Source of the DNA: Octopus sinensis
Taxonomy: Eukaryota
Assembly (NCBI RefSeq): GCF_006345805.1
Contig: NC_043008.1
Coordinates: 78,244,001-78,308,000, forward strand
DNA: 64,000 bases
Direction: 5' to 3'
The notes beneath the pieces were generated by a model. It was not told where the DNA came from. It searched no databases and saw only the letters and a list, made by a program, of their open reading frames with translations. Both the position numbers and the translations under genes were made by a program. This document shows positions 24,735 through 37,130 of this stretch, one piece after another. How positions within the stretch are numbered: the stretch's first letter is position 1; every line of letters begins with the position of its first letter.

Positions 24735-26333
24735 GCAAGAACATTACTTGGATCATAATACCTTTTGCCAAATATCTAAAAATCTAACTTTATTAAATCC
24801 AATAGAATGAAAATTAATAAAAACTTTGAAAACTCTAAATATGCAAAAAATATTTGATAACAAAATTAGATTTGGATTTTCAGTCTCTCCTAATCTCTTT
24901 AGGATTGTCTCTTCGTTTAACAATAAGAAACTTGATCTATTCTATAATATAAAAAAAAAACTTCGTTAAATCTACCTGGTACCTCCATTAATCCTATATT
25001 TAACAACTACTATTATGATAATGACCAGAATTTCATTATACCTAATAAACATAGACATAACACCATAGTACCACCCAATAATTTAAGTTGAAATTGTAGA
25101 GACACAAATCCCTGCAACTATTATTACTCAGGACTCCTCTATACATATGTACAGTGGTTGCACGAAATATTCTCTTAAATTGAGAATTAATAACGATAAA
25201 TCTTCTTTTGGGGACCCTAGACAAGAGAATAGCACAGGTCTATCCAAAAAGCATTTGGTACCTCAAAAGAAACAATACTGATTTCTCAATTTCTTGGAAA
25301 ATCCTATGTTCTGCAAACTCTTATAGATATGATAATAAAATTTTAGGTTAGATTTAGAAGAAAGTTATAGCATAATATGAATGAATGGAAATATAATTAA
25401 CACTAGGGATGAAAGTATTTTGCTCATGTAAACACATGACCAAATTCCTTTAAAACCTAACTGGACTCACTTGCTTAGATTTGTTTATGCTGTTTTTTAA
25501 AATATTTCTATATATTATCTTTCTCTATGGAATTCTATTACTCATCACATCGACTTTACATCACTATATCTTACACTATCTTAATACATATTTCTTATTT
25601 ATCTTACTTTTCCATCTAACAATTGCATGACCCACATTATATTAAGCTAAGACTTTATCTACTTCTCCCCACACCTCCTTCTCTCTTAATATGTCTGGGT
25701 TTTTTTTAAATAATATCTTTCCTTAGTCTATAATATACCTATATATATATATTTTATTTTATTTTATTTGGATAATATGTCCTTTTACATCCCTTCAACA
25801 TACGCACTCTAACTAATACTGTTTTATGTTACTTGTCATTCTACCTGATAATTAAATATATTTTACTGCTGACATATGCATACATATACAGTACATCTTG
25901 GTGTCCTCCATGTCTACAATCATGTGTGCATATCTAGATTTAGATCTTATATGTCAATCATCCCTGTGTGCATATCTATTATTATTATGTGTTTACTCAC
26001 TATATATTGCCACTAACGTGTATTCTTCAATATGAACGTGTGAGCACATACGGGTGTTTCGCATACGCATACGCCGGAGAGAGCAGATGTCTGTTCGACT
26101 TCGCCAGGTATATTGATCGTTTATTTATGATGTGTTCAGAATCAGTTCTACTGATGAACATAGACGTATTTGATGCGTTAAGTGTGAAATCACAGGTGAT
26201 ATAGTACTAAATTCATTTTTTAAATGTCCTGCTTTGAAAACTGCATTAGGTACGATTAGTGAAATTTTGGTAGTAATGACTTATATCCCTCTTAGTGTGA
26301 GGCATTTATGTGTAATAATGCCCTCTATACAAT

Positions 26334-26378
<45 letters not shown>

Positions 26379-26410
26379 TATTTTTATATGTGTCTGCACT
26401 TTAATACATA
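24735..26410 (+). mobile_element. Inverted partial copy of the same PLE (GIY-YIG remnant + pseudo-LTR)
   Basis: Reverse complement of 22520-23895; additionally contains a hammerhead. Confidence 0.85.
26144..26208 (+). ncRNA. Hammerhead ribozyme, intact core with true stem III
   Basis: agttcta-CTGATGA-acat..acgtat-ttg-atgcgt..gtgt-GAAA-tcac-ag-gtga-TA-tagtact. Confidence 0.85.
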
Positions 26411-26425
26411 TATATATATGCGTGT

Positions 26426-26665
26426 GGCAGAAACGTTAGCTGGCAGAAACGTTAGTACACCGGCCGAAATGCGTAGCCGTATTTCGTCTGCTGTTATGTT
26501 CTGAGTTCAAATTCCGCCGAGGTCGACTTTGCCTTTCATCCTTTTGGGGTCGATTAAATAAGTACCTGTTACGCACTGGAGTCGATATAATCGACTTAAT
26601 TCGTTTGTCTGACCTTGTTTGTCCCCTCTGTGTTTAGCCCCTTGTGGGTAGTAAAGAAATAGGTA
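26426..26665 (+). mobile_element. SINE family B (tRNA head + Nin-like central domain + LINE-like tail)
   Basis: B box gagttcaaattcc; ccgaggtcgactttgcctttcatcct..ggtcgat.aaataagtacc resembles the Nin domain; tail tgtttagccccttgtgggtagtaaagaaat. Confidence 0.8.
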
Positions 26666-27364
26666 TGAGTATATGCGGTGTTCCTTCCTTTATGTATTCC
26701 CTAATAAAAAAACAACTGGAATTCCTATGTGCAGATATGCAGATATCTGTGTGATATTCCTCTACTCCTGCATAAGTAAATATACTAACCATCTTTTCCT
26801 AATAAGTTTTTATAGGACATTGTGTATTTTTTGTATACTTATGTGCACCCCTAAACTTGCTGGAATATTAATACAAGCCTAATACCTATATATATCCCTC
26901 AAGCTAGATCCTTACCTCATATTTTTATTTATACTTAAACATACTTACATACAAATTCAAATCTTTTAACTCTACATTGTTATTTATCCGTACTCCTATA
27001 TCGAATAATAAATCCCTGAGCACTCTTTCTCCATCTTCATAGCCACAACAAGCCACACTGGGCTCACATTCTTTCTCATAAGGATAAATATGAATCTCCT
27101 TGATCCTATTCTGCTTTTTCCTTTCTCAAGTCCTTTGTAAAAATTTTGTTTATACTTCTTGCACTGAACAGTACAGTGATAGACAATTAATTTAACTGAA
27201 TCTTATTAATTTAATTAATTCCATTAAATTAAAGGACGAATGTAATTCAAACTTTTTACACACACACACACACACACACATACACACACAAACATACACA
27301 CACAAACACACACACTAGCACACACACACAAGCACACAAACACACACACACACACACATATATA

Positions 27365-27502
27365 TAGGCGTGGCTATATATAACCAACCACATGGTTTTG
27401 GGTTCAGTCACACTACATGGCACCTTGGGCAACGGGACGACTTAAACTTTGTGAGTAGATTTAGTAGACGGAAGCTGAAAGAATCCGTCGTGGATATATA
27501 TA
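27365..27502 (+). mobile_element. SINE family A 5' half (degenerate)
   Basis: accaaccacatggttttgggttcagtc..caccttgggcaa. Confidence 0.7.
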
Positions 27503-27517
27503 TGCATATGTATATGT

Positions 27518-27966
<449 letters not shown>

Positions 27967-27968
<2 letters not shown>

Positions 27969-30900
27969 CTTTTTATTGTAGCCACACAGGGCTAAACACA
28001 ATAAAAATGGACGAAATACAATGTAGAATTTTTTCTTTTCGAGGTGGGATGGGTGGGGCACAAAAAAAAACAAAAAAAAAACCGTTTGATCAATAGGAAT
28101 CTGTGGGTTGTGTGGTGTATAAAAATGCAATATATATATATGTAAGGTTCACAGTTTGGGTGTAGCCTTGGAAAGAAAAACCTACAAAAAAGACCAAGGT
28201 CACCTCAGACAGTTCGAAAAAGAACACATGAGTAAGTCGCCTTCCTTCTCGTTGTCTCTTTTGGTTACAGATTTATGCTTAAAATAGTGTCGTCTTTCAT
28301 ACTGACCATTTTTGCCACTTTTACCCACTTTTTATTAAAACATTCGTTCGACAAAGCCTTCCTCTCTATTCTCATCCTCCTTTTCAAGTGGTACTTGAAA
28401 AAGTTGACGAGAGACTGACCAGAGAGGGTGTTTGTTTGCAGTCCTTTCAAACGCGTCCACCACACACATTCTTTCGCCATAGCCATCAGCGTAACGAAAA
28501 CCGTTTTCCCTTCCCGTTTAAAGGAAGGTGGTGGAACAATATCCACGATAGACTCGGCCGATAGGCGGGCCCGACCTACACATGACAACAGCTGTTCGAC
28601 GAAGGTCCACAGCTCTGAAATATCTGGACACTGCACGAATGCGTGCAGAATGGTTTCGTCGCCCTGACCGCATCTCGGGCAGGTCGGTCCAGTGATGGTT
28701 TTCGAACCGTGTCTGTAGCTCTTCTCTCGAACAGGTAGTGCGTCTCGATAGCACTGGCAAGCCAGGGATTTCTGGAAGTTATCCATAGGCCCCGGCACGA
28801 GCGTCGTCCTGAACAGGTGGGTTAGGAATTTCTCGTCGACGCCCAGGTTTGCCCCGAGTGTGTCGTCGGACCTCCCCTCCACTAGTCCTCTATAGAACGC
28901 TTTAGTTCTTTGTAAGTTGCACAAGTTTGACCCCGGTCGGCAGAGCTGCTGTAGAGCTTGGCGACACTCTCGGTGCCAATCGCCCAGTTTCGGTCTCTTC
29001 TTGATCCACGTTTGCAGTTCGGTCAGTGAGACGAGCTGCGGGAAGGCGCGCTTCACAAACGGGGCCCACACCTGTTCACCGTCGTCGATGAAGTTCCAGA
29101 GATGTCGCAGTCTCAGCGCATGCCTGCGCATCATCAACCACGGCATGCCCAGTCCTCCATTCAACGGATGTTGACAGCAAATGGACTTCCTCACCATCGG
29201 AACGCCACCCTTCCACAGGAAGCGGAAGAGTATGCGTTCAAGTTTGGTGATGGTGGCGTCGGGACAAGGTACGACGGTCAGGCGGTAATCGATGACGGAT
29301 GCGATGTACGCGTTCGCCACCTCCGCCCGGCCTTTTAGAGTCAGCTTTCTCTCGGCCCATGTTTGGCTGAGAGCGACCACTCTACTCGTGATATCGTCCC
29401 AGTTCTTATCCATTTGGAGGTCCGGACTGAACCAGACCCCGAGCAATTTAACCGGTCCGTCCGTCCAGCATCCCACTACTAAGCCGCAGTCGGAGGGCAT
29501 GGGCTTGCTTCTCCAGGTGCCGAGTAGCAAACCCACTGACTTTTCCGGGTTAATCTTTGCTGCCGTCACCGTTTCGTATTTTCTTAGTGTCTCGCCTATC
29601 ATCTGGATGTGTTTGTCGCTCGACACTATGACGGTGACATCGTCCGCATATGCCGACACGCTCGTCCTGCAACCCAGTTCCCGTGGGATGCCCCTCAGTG
29701 TCGCCAGCTTCCGCATTAGTGGCTCGAGAATCAATACATACAGAAGCGCCGACAGGGGACACCCCTGACGGACCGAACGCGTGATGTCAAACGGTTTTGA
29801 CAGGTGACCGTTCACCCGAATCACCGATCGGATGCGGCTATACAAGGCAGCGATCCAGCCGCGGAAGACGGGACCGAAGCCAGCCGCCCTGAGGACGGCC
29901 GCCAAGTACCAATGGTCGACCCTATCGAAGGCTTTAGACTGCTCCAAATTTATCAGCGCCCCACCCATGCCAGGATCCTTAACTACCCTGTCCACAATGT
30001 AGCGCATCAAATGGAGGTTGTCATGTGTGGTTCTGCCCGGCACGGCGCATGTTTGCGCCCTGTCGACCAGTTTACCAATGACAAGCGCCAACCTCTCGGC
30101 TATTACCTTGGCCAAAATTTTCAAATCTGCGTTGAGCAGAGTGATGGGCCTGAAATTATCTATAAAATTCCCTTTGTTTGGGTCTTTCTTCAGCAACGTC
30201 ACTGCACCTCGGCTCACGAAACCGGGGATTCTCCCGTTTTGTTGCCAGTTGCAGTAGACTGATGCCAAGAGGTCGCCAAACAAGTCTGACATTTGACAAT
30301 ACAGCTCGTAGAGTAAACCATCCAATCCAGGCGACTTATCCCTCGCGCAGCCCGCCATCGCATCCCGCACGTCAGCGGCTGTGATGGGACTTTCACAACA
30401 CTCCGCTTCTCTTGCCGAGAGCCACGACAGGTCGGTCAGGTAGGCACTGAAACCCATCCCGCGTTCCGACCCACCACTCGCACCAAACAGTCGAGCAAAA
30501 TGCTGTTGAAAGGCCTCACACATCCTTTCGGGTTCGAGTAAACTGCATCCCTGTTGATCTATTAGAGACCGAATGGTGGCTCTGTTGCCACGCTGCGCCT
30601 CCGCTACCGGGCCTCTCGCGCAGCTTCGATCCCTTCGTTCCTTAAGGCACGCATTTAGCTCTGACGACGCAAACTTCGTGCTTGGCGTTGAGGTGTTGGT
30701 CGAGAGCCATCCTCGCAGCCAGCACGTTGGTTGCGCTGCCAGTGGTAAGTGCCTCTTCTAGTTTCTTAACCAAGTCTCCCTCTACTCTATTTCGATCTAT
30801 CGCTAATTCCTGCTAAACCTAATTGATTCCGATTTATTGCATTTCAGGGCGTACCACCAGCGTTGTTAACGACACCGTCAGCGCTCTCTTAATTACTCGC

Positions 30901-33756
30901 TAATCCGTTCCTGTAAACCTGTCGCGCTAAACCAGTTTCCAGTAACCGGGACCCATGTATCTAAGCGCAGTACACGTCACGATTGTGATCTGTGTACTGA
31001 CTATTTTAAATTGTGGCATCCTACACTATCCTATCCGTGTCCTGCATAGAATTATATCTAGATAAGATCTCGAGGGTCCGACGCGGTTTGTCCAAGTCCA
31101 CGTTGGCACCGGATGGTCGAGTCGGAACCTGTCGACATAGAAACGTCTGAGTAGACTTGAGGCACTTACACCCCCTTCTATCCTATCGATTCCCACATAA
31201 TCTGATGCGTGTCCAAGGTAGCGATCCCCTATAGTAGGTCTGACGTCAGGAAACCTCTAGACGTCTGAAGATCTGCCGACCCGTTAAGGACGGTGCATAA
31301 CTGCCGTCAGACGGATGCACACCATTTCTGCCATTCACGTCCAAGCACCAGCCTACCCTCCGGGCTAGGAATATTGCTTTACTTTTACATTTAGACTCTT
31401 TCGAAAAATCACCGCGGTACCTCCACCACCCATGTTCGGCAGACAGGAGAAAAATAAATGTCAAATTGATTGCCAAACATGGACGCGAGGGCCCGCGGCT
31501 TGTGAGTCTGGTTTCACTGATAGCTACTATATCCACGTTCAGTGACTTGATGTCGTTTTAGAAGGTAACCTTGCTTCCAAGCCGACGCCAAGCCACGCAT
31601 TACACAACCTAATTTAAGCATAATTGACGTTTATGAAAATTGGTTTCACACACTACATTGGAAGAGACAAGAGGCAAGAGGGAAGGTCACTTACTCATTT
31701 CGAAAGTTTCATTTTTTTCTTCTTCTTTTGTAGTGTCTTTGATGAGGTGTTTGTATAGTTTTTTGGAGAGGTATCGTTGAAACCGCCTACCGCATTTGGA
31801 AATATTGTTTTCAGTGTATGGTGTTGTGTTGTGTTATGTGTACAATTCTTATGTGCTTCGGTGGTGTGGTGCGCGGATGATTGTTTGTCTAAAAGTCATC
31901 TTCACAGATGTCCGTGTTGGATGCAATGTAATCCATTAATTTTTATTGTCTGTGTCTAACAGTTAGTTGTGTGTGTGGTTTGCGGGTTCATTGATTTTTT
32001 TATTGTCTAGGGGGATGCTGTCCGGAGTTAAATATCTCCCTGCTTTACTTCCTTGTTTGGTGGGCTTTTTGATCTTTTCCTTTTACCCCCTGTGGCTATT
32101 TGCCATTCCGTCGAACTTTCGTCGTCCGACGAATCAGAAGGGGGTAAAGGCAAAGCATTTGCGTTAATATGTATGCTTGTAGAAATTGTTGATGTTTTGT
32201 GCGTTGTTTGTGTTGTTGTGGTGTTAGGGGTAGAATTTGTCTTCTCATCAATGTTTTCTGTCTATTTAATTGTCGTCCTCGGTGTTGGTGTTGGTCTATC
32301 TTTTGGTTCAGTATGATGAATTGGTTGCGACATCAACGGTGATTGTGTTGGTACTGTTTCTTTTCTTGGTGATGTTGTTGGGGTTTGTTTGCTGGTTTGT
32401 TGTTTTTCTTGGCATTGTTCCATAATTGAGTGTGTTGGTGTTGGTGTTGGCAACAAAGGTTTTTTATTTGTTTTCTGATTTGTTCTTTCTTGTTTTTTCT
32501 GTGCCAGAGCGCACTTAGCATTTAAATGCTCGGGCTGCCACATTTGTAGCATCTAGGCTTTTTCCCTTCTGCCACAACATATAGGCTTTGCCCATTTTCT
32601 AAGTGGATCCTATCAGGTAGGTTCTCGATAGAGGACCCCTCAATCTGGATGGTCACTACTATTGTTTTTCCACCCCAATTGTCGTTTATTTCCTCGGCGG
32701 TTTCTAAAATATTTATCTTTTTCAAATGGTAACAGATTGCCCCTGTTATCTATTTGTTAGGGATCTCGGGGGGTACATTTTTAATAGTAATTCTACTCAC
32801 TCTCTGGCCTTTGTAATAAGATGCCATGATGATATCATTATTTTCCAAAGACTCGGTAGAGTGAGCTTCTGCCACTTCCTGGTTAGGGAAGCGGACCACT
32901 ACTGTGTTAAACTGGGGACCCCAGTTTATATATTCTTTTTTTTTTCATTATGTTTTTTAAACATTTTTCTCTATCAATTTTTGTAATCTGTTCATTTTGT
33001 TTTTTGTTTTTTCTTATAATTTTATTTTCTATTTGTTCCTTTATGTGTTGAGGTGTATGCAGCACTAAATCTTGCCCTCGGGTTGTAAAGAGAGCTCTCG
33101 TTTCTATTAACTCTTCATTTGTAAATTTTACAATTTCTTTTTTCTGACGCAGAGTGTCAGCGAAATTTACTGATGTTGTTGATTCTTTTATATTAACATC
33201 TTCACTATTAGATAGTTCATTTTTATTGTTGTTCTTGTTCTTGTTGTTGTTTTTCTTAATAGTATTCGCGTGAGTTTCATTTTTATCATTTATGTTGGTC
33301 GTGGTGGTGATGGTGGTGGTGGTGGTGGTGGAGGTGGTGGTGGTAGCAGTAGTAGTCTCGTTGTTGTTGTTGTTAGTGGTGGTGGTGGTGGTGGTGGTGA
33401 CAGGGCTATTACCGCAAGTGGTTGCAGCGTTTACTACCACGTCATTCAGGTTTGCACTTTGCGTGCATAAGTTCTTTTTTCTCCTAGCGTTTCCATACTA
33501 GGAAAATGCTGGTCCATAAAGAAACGCGACCAGCGTTCTACAATAAAATTTCTCGACATTTTTTAATGTCGAGAAGAAAATTACACAAATTAAATAGGGT
33601 TGAAACTGGCCCTAGGGGCGAATTCCTCCCTTGGAAAAGCACTCAAACGAAAGTTGGGTGCCTTACACACCTTATTTACAAAAATGTACGCAAAATATGG
33701 GCTATAAATAGTCAAAATAAACGATTACCTTCGGAGCCGAAGTGACAGCACGTCCG
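27967..33756 (-). mobile_element. Near full-length Tx1/L1-clade LINE (copy A): ORF1 with CCHC knuckle, ORF2 APE-RT-CCHC
   Basis: ORF1 pieces 33496-31700 (CYKCGSP/EHLNAKC); APE starts MLKLGC at 31621, DIVAISETR; RT ORF 28265-30523. (GATA)n on both sides. Confidence 0.92.
28265..30523 (-). CDS. LINE ORF2 reverse transcriptase and C-terminal zinc knuckle (uninterrupted 752-aa part)
   Basis: KSPGLDG, NFRPITLLNADLKILAK, KAFDRVDH, SVRQGCPLS, AYADD, CPRC..ETILHAFVQC. Confidence 0.93.
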   Translation of the reverse strand: MCEAFQQHFARLFGASGGSERGMGFSAYLTDLSWLSAREAECCESPITAADVRDAMAGCARDKSPGLDGLLYELYCQMSDLFGDLLASVYCNWQQNGRIPGFVSRGAVTLLKKDPNKGNFIDNFRPITLLNADLKILAKVIAERLALVIGKLVDRAQTCAVPGRTTHDNLHLMRYIVDRVVKDPGMGGALINLEQSKAFDRVDHWYLAAVLRAAGFGPVFRGWIAALYSRIRSVIRVNGHLSKPFDITRSVRQGCPLSALLYVLILEPLMRKLATLRGIPRELGCRTSVSAYADDVTVIVSSDKHIQMIGETLRKYETVTAAKINPEKSVGLLLGTWRSKPMPSDCGLVVGCWTDGPVKLLGVWFSPDLQMDKNWDDITSRVVALSQTWAERKLTLKGRAEVANAYIASVIDYRLTVVPCPDATITKLERILFRFLWKGGVPMVRKSICCQHPLNGGLGMPWLMMRRHALRLRHLWNFIDDGEQVWAPFVKRAFPQLVSLTELQTWIKKRPKLGDWHRECRQALQQLCRPGSNLCNLQRTKAFYRGLVEGRSDDTLGANLGVDEKFLTHLFRTTLVPGPMDNFQKSLACQCYRDALPVREKSYRHGSKTITGPTCPRCGQGDETILHAFVQCPDISELWTFVEQLLSCVGRARLSAESIVDIVPPPSFKREGKTVFVTLMAMAKECVWWTRLKGLQTNTLSGQSLVNFFKYHLKRRMRIERKALSNECFNKKWVKVAKMVSMKDDTILSINL

Positions 33757-33819
<63 letters not shown>

Positions 33820-33837
33820 TAGATAGATAGATAGATT

Positions 33838-33919
<82 letters not shown>
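33757..33919. repeat. (GATA)n array
   Basis: Direct reading. Confidence 0.95.
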
Positions 33920-34253
33920 GAAAAGACAGAGGGACAGACAGAAAAAATAGGTACAGAGAGGGAGAGGGTCCCCCTTCGATTCTTACTTCCATTCATTTAT
34001 TTATTTAGTCATTTACCATTCTATTGAAATGAGTTTTATGGGATTCCTTTCCATAAATTCACAACACACTATATATATATATATATATATATAATAGAAA
34101 TATTAAAATTACTAAGTCTCTCCCTTGTTCAAAGGTTATATGGATACAGTTTGTGTATCAAATAGCTAACTTAAGGCGATGGCCTCATGGAGCTAATAAG
34201 CGGTCAGCTTTTTTCTTATTTTTATAAGAATGCCATATTAGTATGGCGATAAC

Positions 34254-34297
<44 letters not shown>

Positions 34298-34307
34298 CGT
34301 GTGTGTT

Positions 34308-34373
<66 letters not shown>

Positions 34374-34420
34374 ATTTATGTATATATATATATGTGTGTG
34401 TGTAGATAGATAGATAGAGT

Positions 34421-34453
<33 letters not shown>

Positions 34454-34454
34454 G

Positions 34455-34668
34455 TGTTCGGGTGCTTGTTAGGATAGTCAATTGTTACATTAATACTTTG
34501 GTGGATGGAGTTAGCTATTTACTTGATGCTCTCCATAGTTTTAGCTTCTAGATCATCGACATTGTCTTGTGGGGGTATTTTGGCCACTATGTTGATATCA
34601 TCCACAAAGCGGGAGTACAGGGTTGGTATTATGGAGTTCTCTGCTAATCTCTCTTTGGGTTTCCTATC
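34455..34668 (-). mobile_element. PLE-type RT fragment
   Basis: LYSRFVDDINIV...IANSIHQSINVTIDYPNKH. Confidence 0.6.
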
Positions 34669-34669
34669 T

Positions 34670-35030
34670 CACTATACCATAGGCAGGAAAGATACGCAGT
34701 GTTATGCATCGGGAATGTCCTAGAACTTGGATCAAATTTTGGCATTATATGTTACGGAAACAGCAGAACGCGGCACCACTCAGAGTACCAAGGATTCCAA
34801 CATTGCGATCAGGATACAAGACCAGATATTGCAACAGCTTGGGTTTCAAGGGCCTACAAAACTTCATATCCTCCCATAACACCGGAGAGACCTACATGGG
34901 ATGCATGTAGGCGTCTTCAAAACAAAACAGTATCTCCTCCTGTCAAGAGTTCCAGAAGAAACTTGCGCCCAGAAATACAGGTGAATGCAGCAACATCAAA
35001 CTCCCCCATTAACCAAATGGCACTTACCAG
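34670..35030 (+). mobile_element. CR1-group LINE C-terminal fragment
   Basis: VPRIPT..TRYCNSLGFKG..RDLHG..VGVFKTK..LLSRVPEE..AATSNS. Confidence 0.55.
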
Positions 35031-35227
35031 AGTAGATGTAGTGTATGTGTAGTAAAGCAAACGATGTGACCGAGTAAAAAAAATACATACGTACATACTT
35101 ATACATACACATATACATATGTATAAAAATATACATGCATATACACACACATATATATGCATAAATATGCATGCACACACAAACGCACGAGCGCGTTTTA
35201 AATAACACAATTTCATACATATATGCA

Positions 35228-35843
35228 AGTCCAGAAAGAGCCGATCATTCGAGCGATCGTAACTGATCGTAAATTGCTGAAACTGACGCGTCTGTAATAG
35301 AATTCTCGATCGTCATTTTTCGGACGATTAATGTCCGTCTTAGTGTATATGTTTTCATTAAGTGTGTTAACTACAGTATTAGAGTGGTTCAGCTCTTATT
35401 TCTAGCAATGTAGGTGTTTCCTAACACCCTAGTCACATTTTGTGACATTTGTAATTCTCCTTTTTGGTGAAACATTGCAAACTGCTGTTTATATTAATTT
35501 TATATATACTCATTAGCGAATCGTTAAATCATCCAATTATTTGGATAACGAAAACAAATACTAATGGTAAAGTGAATCCGGAAAGAGCCGAACATTCGAG
35601 CGGTCTTAACAGATAGGACAACGAAAATTGCCGGAATTGACGCGTCAGTATTATAGAAATCTCGATCGGCATTTTTCAGTCAATTATGGTTCCTGTTAGT
35701 GTATATGCTTTCCTATTAGTGTATATGTTTCAGTGAGTTAACTACAGGATTAGAGCAGTTTAGCTCTTTAGCTCTTATCTCTATCTCTTATCTCTAACAC
35801 CCTAGTCACATTTAGTGACATTTGTAATTCTCCTTTTTGATGT
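35228..35843. repeat. Diverged tandem duplication, about 350 bp period
   Basis: gaaagagccga.cattcgagcg and ctaacaccctagtcacatt..gtgacatttgtaattctcctttttg each occur twice. Confidence 0.85.
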
Positions 35844-35899
35844 CTAGAATTTCCACTCTATAATGAGCAGCATGACCCTAATGAGTGACAGTAGGTTTT

Positions 35900-37130
35900 A
35901 ATCTCTTATAATTTAGTCATCAGCAGTCGACAGTATGCCAAGTTCATTAACTTGGCATACCTCTGATTGCAAAAATAAGATTGGTGAGTTCACTTATTGA
36001 TAGATATCGCTAGTTGACGTAATATGAACAGTTCCTCACAGAAGTAAAGTTGAAATTTACACGTTTCAGATGATTAAGTAGCAGCCTTGTCAAGGATGCT
36101 ACGTGTGATGCTGCAAAAATCGTTTCTATGTTCCTAGAATCTCTAGATGGAGGGAATAACAAAATGGATTTTTCTCTGAGTATATCTAAATGGGCATGTG
36201 TGTTTGTGGGTATCGTTCCTTAAAGTTATTGACTGTCATGCTCATGCAGTGTTTCGTAATTCCATTGGATGTTGTGAGATCGATCTATAGATCACAGCCT
36301 TTGGGAAGCCGGATCTTTTCCTCCGGAAATTACAAGTTGGAACTTAGAGTGGAGATTGTGTGGGTGTGTGGTTGAGTATGTTGTAGTGAGCAATGTTGGA
36401 AGAGATTATATAAGATGAAGTAGCTAGCCTTGGTGTTATGGGAAGTCAATAGTTTATACTATGTGTTCTTTGGAAATGTGTTTTACTTAGCGTCAGAAAA
36501 ACCGATGTTATACCAGTGGAAACATTAGCTGAATGAAAGATTAAGCCAGATTACCCTTCTATTTTAAACTCTTTTTAGGTTTGGAGCGTAATGGGGATTC
36601 TTCATATTCACTAACTTATCAGTAAACCACTCCTGGATAGTGCCTCATTATAGTGTTGAAGATATCCCTGTTCGCTAATAGAGTGAGATCAACTACTGAA
36701 ACCTTTCAAGTTATAGTTGAGGTTTGTTTGAGTGTTTAGGAATATAAACAGTTTCCTCGCTGAGGTCGTTCTAAGATTCTATGAGCATAAACTCTGTCCA
36801 CGTGTGTCTAGCTTGTCTCGTTTTCTAAAGTTTTACTTAGGCAAAATTCTTTAAGCATATATAGGAACACCTAGAATACACTGATCTCGTACTTCAGATC
36901 TCAATGTATTCTGGGTGCTTATTTTATACTAAACTCTGAAAATGTTTTGAAAAAGTATACGCCCATAAGGCAAAACTCTTACTATAGATAAAGTGTCTGG
37001 AACGCACGTAAACTATCAAATTGCCCATTGAGAAAATTACTACTAGAGACCTAGTACTGATATAAAAATTTGGTTCTGGGTGGAATAAGATTTTACGAAA
37101 GGTAGAAATAGTTAAACCATTACACTACTA
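35900..37130 (-). mobile_element. Very degenerate Naiad-type PLE
   Basis: ANRDIFN, RVIWLNLSFS, NIG, FPKN, NTKASY, TSNGITKHCMSMTVNNFKERY read across frames. Confidence 0.6.

Larger units (their letters stand above)
19610..27510. repeat. Large inverted duplication (arms about 19610-23895 and 24735-27510)
   Basis: 20170-20546 = rc 26878-27228; 21960-22200 = rc 26665-26878; 22520-23895 = rc 24735-26410. SINE heads and GT/CA tracts at both outer ends. Confidence 0.9.

Noticed and set aside
28428-30761. Multiple plus-strand ORFs of 60-160 aa
   Set aside because: Antisense shadows of the GC-rich LINE RT frame; no independent motifs.
35885-35927. Additional hammerhead candidates (minus strand here, and near 57895-57930)
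   Set aside because: Only partial cores and stems that do not pair convincingly.
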